Below are positions 51,901-64,000 of a stretch of 64,000 nucleotides of DNA, one piece after another (positions within the stretch are counted from its first letter, which is position 1; each line of letters opens with the position of its first letter). The DNA is taken from the NCBI RefSeq assembly GCF_009914755.1, contig NC_060944.1. The stretch is one strand, 5' to 3'. This stretch comes from the human T2T-CHM13v2.0 reference genome, Homo sapiens. The notes under the pieces were generated by a model. That model was not told the DNA's origin, did not search any database, and saw only the letters and a program-made list of their open reading frames with translations. A program made the translations under genes and the position numbers.

Positions 51901-53298
51901 TACACCCCTCTGACAAGGTAGAGTGCCTTCTCATTGGCCCCTAGGTTCTGGGCTCTCTTTCCACGATGCCTCTATTCTTAAAGCATGCAACCCAGAAGGT
52001 TCCTGTTAAATGTAAGTGAGAGAATTTCTATCACTGTGGACCTGCTTCCATCATCTGGTTTGTGGTTTTATTCTAACCACAAAGTATATGACTTACTCAT
52101 GTCTGCTTGGTTTTGACTCTTTACTAAGAGTAAGGGAATGCAGTGATCAAAGGGAAGGAAGATTTTTAACTTAAGTTGTCAGCTTGCTTCTGCTTCCAAA
52201 AAAGTTTCATGCTTAAAAATATGGCACCATGCTTTATTCTTCAAAAGAAGAAAAGTCAAATTGTAGCTGACTCCAACTCCTTGTTTTACTTAGGTGGAGG
52301 AAGATTCCATCTCAGTGAGTATGATTTGTTCCTGCCCACCCCTCAGCTCCCAAAATGGCCCAGGAAGTTGTATGCAGCATAGAATTTGATGTCACTGTTA
52401 TTTGGTCAACTTGTATGATCATTGTTCAGATTTGTGTAGTCCCTGGAAAGAAGGTGCCTCTGACAGTTCTCTGTCATTTTGGGGTACAGGGCACCTTGTT
52501 ATATGGCTGCTTCCCCGGGGCCTAGTGTCAAGCTTCTCTTCGTGGGTGTTATATATATGTCCTATTCTAAGAAGATGCTAAGGTGTCAGATTGGAAGCCA
52601 CCATCCCTCTCTTTGTCTCCATTAATCTCCACCTCTCTGCCTTTGCTATTTCCGCCCATCCCTTCCTTTCAGTGAAGAACACAGATCCCCTCACTGCTCT
52701 GCTCCATTCTTTATAGCTCTTTGCATATTGCATGGGTTTTGCCTAAATTAGAATGGACCTTAATAGAACTGTGGGGCTTTTAAACATTCAAGCATCACTT
52801 ATTTTAATATCCCCCTAAATACCTTTTGAAAAATCTCTTAGAAGTCCAACCGATTTAAGGGTTAGTGTGCATTTTAATTGACCATTCAATTTCAAATAAA
52901 TGTGGAGGAAATTACAACCCTCTTAACAGAGAAATGACAATTTAAGGAGAATGAGACCTTGATTGAAACCATTAGGAACTTAGAAACCAGACTCTGATGT
53001 GGTCAAAGAAAACAGCCCAGGAATTTATAAAGCCTGCCTTATTTTGCTTTGAAGAAAAACTTGAAAACCATAAAACAAGGTGAGATGTTATCCAAAATTT
53101 TGAAGCTATTTAATAAACAGATTAATGCAGTTACTTTTGTTTGGCATTGAGAAACATTAGTTAACCAAAATTTTATTACAAAAATAAAATAAAATAGTTA
53201 GTTCTCACCCAGCCTATGGACTTGAGGCTTAGAAGAAAGACATTTTAATCTCCTGTCATCTATTAACATATTTTTGATCAAATCACATAATCAGATAA

Positions 53299-53600
<302 letters not shown>

Positions 53601-53862
53601 TCAGACAAATTCTTGATCAGATGGGCTCCCTAAGAACACTCTTTTCTTTCTTTCTTTCTTTCTTTTTTCACATTTTTTTCCCGTAGGTTATTGGGGTACA
53701 GGTGGTATTTGGTTACATGAGTAAGTTCTTTAGTGGTTATTTGTGAGCTCCTGGTGCACCCATCACCTGAGCAGTATACACTGAACCCTGTTTGTAGCCT
53801 TTTATCCCTCATCCCCCTCCCACCCTTCTGCTAAAGTCTCCAAAGTCCATTGTATCATTCTT

Positions 53863-54226
<364 letters not shown>

Positions 54227-54351
54227 TGAGAACATAGCAATGTTTGGTTTTCTATTCCTGAGTTACTTCACTTAGAATAATACTCTCCAGTCTCATCCAG
54301 GTTGCTGAAAATGCCATTAATTCATTCCTTTTTATGGCTGAGTGGTATTCC

Positions 54352-55025
54352 ATTATATATATATATAAAAAACTGGGTATTTGTGTGTGTGTTTATATAT
54401 ATTATATATATAATATATATGTAATATATATAATATATATATTAAATATATATAATATGTATAATTTATATGTAATATATAATATATATATTAAATATAT
54501 ATAATATGTATAATTTATATGTAATATATAATATATATATTAAATATATATAATATGTATAATTTATATGTAATATATAATATATATATTAAATATATAT
54601 AATATATAATTTATATGTTATATATAATATATTATATATAATATATAACATATATAATATATATTATATATTATATATAATATATATTATATATAATATA
54701 TAACATATATAATATATATTATATATTATATATATTATATATAATGTGTGTATATATAATATGTATAATATATAATGTGTATATAATATATATTATATAT
54801 AATGTGTGTATATATAATATATATTATATATAATGTGTATATATAATATATATTATATATAATGTGTATATATAATATATAATATATAATGTGTATATAT
54901 ATAATATATATATTATATATAATGTGTATATATAATATGTATATTATATATATAATGTGTATATATATAATATATATATTATATATATAATGTGTATATA
55001 TATATATATAATATATATATATATA
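54352..55025. repeat. AT-rich compound minisatellite/(TA)n
   Basis: About four ~49-bp units (54420-54615), then ~28-30-bp tataatgtgtatatataatatatatta-type units. Confidence 0.92.
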
Positions 55026-55030
55026 CTGAG

Positions 55031-55673
<643 letters not shown>

Positions 55674-56335
55674 TATACCAGCTTTTTATCCGCTCGTTGA
55701 TTGATGGGCATTTGGGTTGAGAACACCCTTTTCTATCCGTCCATTTCATTTATTTCCCATTTCAAAAATTACTCCATAAACATGATCATCCCCATAAACA
55801 CAGGATAAACATTTGACAAAATTCAGTGCCTTTTCATGATAACAAATAGTAAAGAAGGAAATTTTCTTAACTAATAAAAGTCAATACACAAAATTCACAG
55901 GTAACATCATACTACACAAAATTGAAAAGATTCCCCACTAAACCACGAACAAGACAAGGAGGGCCACTCTTACCATTTCTATTAAACATTATACTGGAGC
56001 TTCTAGCTGGGGAATTAAGCAAAAAGAAGTAAGAAAAAATGGAAATAAGTAAATGACATCCAGATTGGGAAGGAAGAAGTAAAATCATGTCTATTTGCAG
56101 ATGGCATGATCTTCTATGTAGAAAATCCTAAAAAATCCATGCATACACACAAAAAGCTATTATAACTAATAAATGAATTCAGCAAGACTACAGGATAAAA
56201 CATCAAAAATCAAAAATCAATTCTCCTTTTGTACACTAGCAATGAACAACCCAAAAATGGAATTAAGAAAGACATTTACTTTATAATAACACCAAAAAGA
56301 ATAAAATACTTAGGAAAAAATGTAAGCAAAGAAGT

Positions 56336-56813
56336 GTGTGGTCATTTATTTTTTATGTCCTCTGGACTAGGCCTTGGGCTACCCAGACATTTGTTCAAGC
56401 ATTATTCTAGGCATGTCTAGGCATGTTTGTGAGAGTGTCTCTGGAGGAAATCAACATTTGAACCAGTAGGCAGAGTAAAGCAGATTGCTCTCCCTAACGT
56501 GTGTTGGTTTCAACGCATCAACTGAAGACCTCAACAGAACAAAAAAGCTGAGTAAAAGGAAATTCCTGCCTGACTACTTGAGCTCGTCTTTTCTGGCTTT
56601 TGGACTCAAACTGAAACATCAGCTCTCCTGGGTTCTCCAGCTTGCTGACTGAAAATCTTGGAACTTCTCAGCCTCCATAATTCCATGAGCGAATTCCTTA
56701 TAATCGATTATTCTCTCTTACATAGGTACATATGGGGTGTGTATATATATAAATATATGTATATATATACACACATATATGTATACTTCTCTTTCTCTGG
56801 AGAACTCTAATGC
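56336..56813 (+). mobile_element. MLT2 (MLT2D/B-like) ERVL LTR
   Basis: cccagacatttg...cattattctagg...gagtaaagcagattgc...ctcagcctccataat...tctctggagaactct. Confidence 0.8.
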
Positions 56814-57890
56814 AAGATTATAAAAAAAATTACTGAAAGAATTCTTAAAATACATACATAAATTGAAAGTCATTTTATGTTCATGGATTGGAAGACAATA
56901 TTGTTAAGCTAGCAACACTCCCTACATTAATTTACAGATTAAACCCAAGTCTTATCAAAATCTCAACTGCCTTGCTTACAGAATTTGACAAACCTATCCT
57001 CAAATTCACATGGAAATGTAGTAAACTCAGAATAGCCAAAATAGTCCTGAAAAAGAGGAATAAAGTTGGAAGACTTACACTCCCTCATTTCAAAACTTAC
57101 TACGTAGCTACAGGAATCATCCTGAATACTTTGTACTGGCATAAGGATAGTTATATAGATCTATAGAACAAAATTGAGAGTCTAGAAATAAACCCTTACA
57201 TTTATAATCAATTGATTTTGGACAAAGATGTCAACAAAATTCAGTGAGGAAAGAATAGTCTGGTGCTGGGGTGACTGGATATCCTCATGCAAAAGAATAA
57301 AGTTGGACCCTACCTCATATCATATACAAAAATTAACTCAAAATGTAGGAGAGATCTGAATGTAAGAACTAAAATATAAAAATCTTAGCAGAAAACCTAG
57401 GTATAAATATTCGTGATCTCATATTAAGTGATACTTTCATATGTATGACACCAAAAGCACAAATCAAAAACTTTTGTGTGTCAGAGAACATCATGAAATA
57501 AGTGAAAATAAAAACCACAGAATGGGGGAAAATACTTGCAAGCCATATATCTGATAAAACACTTGCCGTATAAAGAACTCTTCAAAGTCAACAAGAAAAT
57601 GACAAACAACTCAATTAACAAATGGGGAAATGATCTGAATGAACATTTTTCCAAAGAAGATATTCAGATGGCTAATAAGCACATGTAAATATCTTCAACA
57701 TCATTAGCCACTATGCAATTATAAATTAAAATTACAATGATATATCACTTTGTATCCCTTAGGATGATTAAAATAAAAGACAGACAGTAACAAACATTGG
57801 CAAGGGTAGAGAATTGGAACCCTCATATATTGCTGATGGTATTGTAAAATGGTGTAGCCATTTCTGAGTAACAGTCTGGCAGTTCTTTAA

Positions 57891-58217
<327 letters not shown>

Positions 58218-58934
58218 TAAACATGAATGAACCTTGAAAACATTTTGCTAAGTGAAAGAAGCCCATCACAAAAGACCTTATATTTTATGATTCATTTATA
58301 TGCAATATCCAGAATAGGCAACATCATAGAGACAGCAAGTAGATTAGTGGTTGCCAGGCAATCGGAGGGGAGAGAAGGGAGATAGCAAATGACTGTTAGT
58401 GGGTACGGAGTTTCTTTTGGGGGTAATGAAAATGTTCGGGAATTAGTGGTGATGGTTGCATAACTCTGTGACTACACTAAACAGTATTGAATTACACACC
58501 TTAATATATTTTATAATATATGAAGTACATCTTGATAAAGCTGTTCCAAACACTTTATATAATATATGCTAAATATATATTATATAACATTATAATCAAT
58601 ATAATATATATCTCATATTTATTATTGTGTATTATATATTGTATAAATGTATATATAACTATATAGTATAAAATTATAACAATTGGACATGTTATAATTG
58701 TTATGAGCCCTATATATATCTCCTGTTGCAGCTTAAAAGCTGGAAGTCCCTGAATTTGTTTGAAACCTAAAATAATTTCCTTCTTACTTAAATATGCTGC
58801 CTTAACATCCTTTAAAGGTCTGAGAATTAAAACAAAACAATACCTATCAAAAACTTCCTTGTGACTAGTTTATCCCTAAGTCAAGTTGTTTTCTATTTAT
58901 TTGTTTTCTTTTGGTTTGGATCAGATTGGTTTGT

Positions 58935-59120
58935 ACATTATGTGGTTAAGAGCTTCTGCTGGGCTTCTAGTACTGGCCATCACCACTAGTAGTTATGATA
59001 CAGGGAAAGTTATGTCCCTCTCTTTGCCCAGGTTACCCATCTGTAAAATGGGAAAATTTTTGAGGCCATCACTAAATATCAGTAGACTAAAGGACTAAAT
59101 GACCTCTTAAAAATTCAGGG
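58935..59120 (+). mobile_element. MIR
   Basis: tgtggttaagagc...ccatcaccactagtagttatga...cccatctgtaaaatggg. Confidence 0.75.
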
Positions 59121-60031
59121 TTCAAGACAAACTATAGAATGGGAGAAAAATTTTGCAATCTATCCACCTGACAAACACCTAATATCCAGAATCTACAAGG
59201 AATTTAAACAAATTTACAAGAAAAACACAAATAACTGCATTAAAAAGTGGGCAAAGGACATTAACAGACACTTCTTTGAAGAAGGCATTTATGTGGCCAA
59301 CAAACATGAAAAAACGTTCAACATCACTTATCGTTAGAGAAATACAAATCAAAACCACAATGAGATACCATCTCATGCCAGTCAGAATGGCGATTATTAA
59401 AAAGTCAAGAAACAACAGATGCTGGCAAAGTTGCTGAGAAAAAGAAATGCTTTTACACTGTTGGTGGGAATGTAAATTAGTTCAACCATTGTAGAAGACA
59501 GTATGGTGATTCCTCAAAGACCTAGTACCAGAAATACCATTTGACCCAGCAATCCCATTGCTGGGTATACATCCAAAGGAATATGAATCATTCTATTATA
59601 AAGATACATGCCCACGTATGTTTACTGCAGCACCATTCACAATAGCAAAGACAGGGAATCAACCCAAATGCCCATCAATGACAGATGGGATAAAGAAAAT
59701 GTGGTACATATACACCATGGAATACTATGCAGCCACAAAAAGAAATGAGATCATGTCCTTTGCAGGGACATGGATGCAGTTGGAAGCCATTATCCTCAGC
59801 AAACTAACACAGGAACAGAAAACCAAATATCGCATGTTCTCACTTATAAGTGGGAGCTGAACAATGAGAGCACATGAATACAGGGAGGGGAACAACACAC
59901 ACTGGGTCCTGTCAGGGGGCCGGGAGAAGGGAGATTATCAGGATAAATAGCTAATGCATGCAGGGCTTAATACAGAGTTAATAGGTTGATAAGCACAGCA
60001 AACCACCATGGCACACATTTACACATGTAAC

Positions 60032-62339
60032 TGTATTAGTCTGTTTTCATGCTGATGATAAAGACATACCCAAGACGGGGCAATTTATAAAAGAAAGAGG
60101 TTTATTGGAATTATAGTTCCACATGGCTGGGGAGGTCCCACAATCATAGTCGAAGGCAAGGAGGAGCAAGTCACACCTTACGTGGATGGCAACAGGGAAA
60201 AAGAGAGCTTGTGCAGGGAAACTCCTGTTTTTAAAACCATCAGACCTCATGAGACCCATTCACTATCACAAGAAAAGCATGGGAAAGACCCGCCCCCATA
60301 ATTCAATCATCTCCCACTGGGTCCCTCCCACAACATGTGGGAATTATGGGAGCTACAAGATAAGATTTGGGTTGGGACACAGAGCCAAACCATATCATTC
60401 TGCCCCTGGCCCCTCCCAAATCTCATGTTCTCACATTTCAAAACCAGTCATGCCTTCCCAACAGTCCCCCAAAGTCTTAACTCATTTCAGCATTAACTCA
60501 AAAGTTCACAGTCCAAAGTCTCATCCGAGACAAGGTAAGTCCCTTCTGCCTATGAGCCTGTAAAACCAAAAGCAAGCTAGTTACTTCCTAGATACAATGG
60601 GGGTACAGGCATTGGGTAAATACAGCCATTTCCAATGGAAGAAATTGGTCAAAACAAAGGAGCCACAGTCCCCATGCAAGTTCAAAATCCAGCAGAGCAG
60701 TCAATGTTAAAGCTCCAAATGATCTCCTTTGACTCCATGTCTCACATCCAGGTCATGCTGATGCAAGAAGTGGGCTTCCATGGTCTTGGGCAGCTCCACT
60801 CCTTTAGCTTCGCAGGATAGAGGCTCCCTCCCAGCTGCCTTCACAGGCTGGCATTGAGTGTCTGCAGCTTTTCCAGGTGCACAGTGCAAGCTGTCGGTGG
60901 ATCTACCATTCCAGGGTCTGTAGGATGGTGGCCCTTTTCTCACAGCTCCACTAGGCAGAGCCCCCATAAGGACTCTATGTTGGGGATCTGACCCCACATT
61001 TCCCTTCTGCATTTCCCTAGCAGAGGTTCTCCATGAGGGCACTGCCCCTGCAGCAAACTTCTGCCTGGGCATCCAGGCATTTCCATACATCCTCTGAAAT
61101 CCAGGCAGAGGTTCCCAAACCCCAATTCTTGACTTCTGTGCACTTGCAGGCTCAATACCACATGGAAGCTCCCAAGGCTTGGGGCTTGCACCCTCTGAAA
61201 CCACAGCCCAACCTCTACATTGGCTCCTTTCAGCCATGGCTGGAGCAAACGGAATGCAGGGCACCAAGTCCCTAGGCTGGACACAGCATGGGGACCCTGG
61301 GCCGGGCCCACAAAACCACTTATTCCTCCTAGGCCTCTGGGCTTGTGATGGGAGGGGCTGCCATGAAGCCCTCTGACATGCCCTGTAGACATTTTCCCCA
61401 TTGTCTTGGGGATTAACATTAGGCTCCTCATTACTTATGCAAATTTCTGCAGCAGGATTGAATTTCTTCTCAGAAAATGGGATTTTCTTTTCTAATGCAT
61501 TGTCAGGCTGCAATTTTTCCAAACTTTTATGGTCTGTTTCCCTTTTAAAACTGAATTCCTTTCACAGCACCCAAGTCACCTCTCGAATACTTTGCTGCTT
61601 AGAAATTTCTTCTACCAGATACCCTAAATCATCTCTCTCAACCTCAAATTTCCACAAATCTCTAGGGCAGGGGCAAAATGACACCAGTCTCTTTGCTAAA
61701 ACATAACCAGACTCACCTTTGCTCCAGTTTCCAACAAATTCCTCATTTCCATCTGAGACCACTTCAGCCTGGACTTTATTGTCCATATTGCTATTAGCAT
61801 TTTGGGCAAAGCCATTCAACAAGTCTCTAGGAAATTCCGAACTTTCCCAGATTTTCCTGTCTTCTTCTGAGCTCTCCAAACTGTTCCAACCTCTGCCTAT
61901 TACCCAGTTCCAAAGTTGCTTCCACATTTTCAGGTATCTTTTCAGTAGCACCCCACTCCTGGTACCAATTTATTGTATTAGTCCATTTTCATGTCGCTGA
62001 TAAAGATATACCTGAGACTGGGTAATTTATAAAGGAAAGAGGTTTATTGGACTTACATTTCCACATGGTGGGGAGGCCTCGCAATCATGATGGAAGGCAA
62101 GTAGGAGCAAGTTACATCTTACATGGATGGCAGCAGGCAAAAAAGAGAGCTTGTGCAGGGAAACTCCTGTTTTTAAAACCATGAGATCTTGTAAGACCCA
62201 TTCACAATTGTGAGAACAGCACAAGAAAGACCCACCCCCATGATTTGATCATCTCCTGTCGGGTCCCTCACACAACACATGGAAATTATGGGAGCTACAA
62301 GATGAGATTTGGATTGGGACACAGAGCCAAACCATATTA
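60032..62339 (-). mobile_element. Full-length THE1 (THE1B-like) MaLR element: LTR 60032-60397, internal 60398-61973, LTR 61974-62339
   Basis: Two ~366-bp direct LTRs, ~1.58-kb THE1-int, TSD gtaac/gcaac. Confidence 0.95.
60707..61951 (-). pseudogene. Disrupted MaLR (THE1-int) gag-like ORF remnant
   Basis: ORFs 61562-61951 (129 aa) and 60707-61522 (271 aa) are typical THE1-int translations, broken into two pieces. Confidence 0.7.
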
Positions 62340-63088
62340 GCAACAAAGCTGCATGCCCTGCACATGTATCCTGGAACTTAAAATAAAATATAATACAATT
62401 TTTAAAATGAAAAATGAAAAAAATTTTTTAATTCAAGATTCAGTCATTAAAACAGGGACATATGCCCAATAAATGTATCATCATTATTTTAATACTTAGC
62501 ACTCTGTTCTGTGGATTCTTAAAAGTAGCTTATATTTTAAACCACTTAGGCCTTATAACTGGGGGAAGATTCCGTCTTATCCCAAATTGGGAGAATGCAG
62601 GAAGCATGAAGGACAAAGGGTCAATGGAGTTACAACCTGTAGACAGCCTGAAAAACCAAATTTGGGGCATCCCTTTGTGCTGCTCTACAAATAGCCTTCA
62701 TTTGCTTTTCCTATCTGGCTTCAAGATTAATTGCTAAACTTGGAAGGAGGACCTTGAAGTTTGCTCGTAAATTTTCTGTGTTTAAAAAGAAGAGTTTTAT
62801 CATTAATATTCTGGAGTGAGCATGAGTCAGGGAGAGTGACTCAGGCCATGTTCTCAGAGGTGGCTGGCTATAAATCCACTTTTGCAGAATATTAATCTCC
62901 CCTGGCTCCTTTGAAAAGTTAGCAATTATTAGTAGATGGTGTGAAAGAGAGTCTTTAAAAGAGGAATGGTAAGACAATGTCACCTTGAGTTTCTTCCAAA
63001 CTCATTGCTATTAGAGAAGAGAAAAGCTGTTCCCTCAAACAAACTTTGGAGAGGAGTTGTCCTGGCAGGCACAGGCAGCAAAAGCAAG

Positions 63089-63225
63089 TCACAACTCCAC
63101 TAGACGGAGCCCCCACAGGGACTCTGTGGTGGGGGTCTGACCCCACATTTTCCTTCTGCACTGCCCTAGCAGAGGTTCTCCATGAGGGCGCTGCCCCTGC
63201 AACAAACTTCTGCCTGGGCATTTAG
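63089..63225 (-). repeat. Orphan THE1-int fragment; local duplicate D of 60940-61076
   Basis: 137 bp ungapped, 15 mismatches by manual count, no LTR attached. Confidence 0.9.
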
Positions 63226-63592
63226 ATGCCTAAAACTTACCGCATATGTGTACTGGGTCCCAAAAAAAACCCTAGTACCTTCAAGGAAAGATAAGGTTTC
63301 ATGAAGCAATTTGACTCAATAATTAATTGTTCCTACCCGGTGATGGAATACCTAGGTTGCCTTGAAAATATTAAGCCAATCATTTGGAGAGTTTGAATCT
63401 CTTGAATGTAATAGTTAAAGGTAGATAATATTTATGTCTTTGGGCAAGTGTAAACAGGGTCACAGAATTAGGGGATTCAAGAAATGGACATTGAAGTATC
63501 ACCACCCATTCAAAGCCCTTGCCTGAGGAAGGGATACATTGAAACCACAACATACTGGTTTTTTTTTTTTTTCCTTTCCTGTATATTTATAT

Positions 63593-63773
63593 TAGTTGGC
63601 TCTTAAAATGTGGTGCCCAGAAGGCAGCATGGGCATCACCAGGGAACTTGTTAAAAATGCAAATTATCAGGCCCCTCCCCAGACTTACTGAATCAGAATC
63701 TCTGAGGTTGGGACTCAGAAACCTGTATTTTAACAACCCATCCAGATGATTCTGCTGCTTGCAGAATTACTGC
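63593..63773. mobile_element. MER5A
   Basis: ggcatcaccagggaacttgttaaaaatgcaaatt...tactgaatcagaatctctg...tgtattttaacaa. Confidence 0.85.
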
Positions 63774-64000
63774 TCTAACTACAGCCAGTAACAGAGCTAC
63801 TTTTAAAAAGCAAGTGATTATAACAGTTGGGACTATTGTAGGCCGAAAAAAGAAAAAGAAAGAAAGAAACTGGACTACAGTGGTCTAACTAAATAAGGGT
63901 TTATTTTTTTGTCACAAGAAGAATGGAGTTCAGCTACCCTGGGCTGATTCTGCAAAACCAGAATGTCATCGTTGTCCCAGGCTCCTTCTACCTTGGTAAG

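Larger units (their letters stand above)
59135..62400 (+). mobile_element. 5'-truncated L1PA (PA8-11-like) interrupted by a THE1 provirus
   Basis: ORF2 C-terminus KKMWYIYTMEYYAA..RNEIMSFAGTW; 3' UTR resumes at 62340 (aacaaa...ctgcacatgtatcctggaacttaaaata). Confidence 0.92.

Noticed and set aside
60707-61522. 271-aa ORF as a novel protein-coding gene
   Set aside because: It lies wholly in THE1-int, is separated from its upstream part, and has no sign of domestication visible here.

Overview
Primate, almost certainly human, non-coding DNA. It is AT-rich, CpG-depleted and at least half interspersed repeats (Alu, L1, L2, MIR, ERVL/MaLR/ERV1 LTRs, hAT and Tigger DNA transposons). No credible protein-coding gene is present: the recognisable longer ORFs are repeat-derived or low-complexity, and the rest are short and unsupported. 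Two distinctive stretches (the GA-rich tract at ~2.3 kb and the (GAT)n locus at ~51.6 kb) match my recollection of human chr20p12.2 at about 10.04-10.11 Mb on GRCh37. That would place the window between ANKEF1 and SNAP25, inside the minus-strand lncRNA SNAP25-AS1; this is recall, not a search result. Repeat subfamily names come from remembered consensus motifs, and boundaries without TSDs are approximate. The most notable observations are: four short, same-orientation local duplications displaced 1-2 kb; an L1 3' transduction; a ~140-bp palindrome built inside a MIR; a strong CTCF motif in an LTR16; a head-to-head LTR9/LTR8 fusion; a tailless Alu with a perfect TSD; and a full-length THE1 provirus. 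I found no convincing new biological system.
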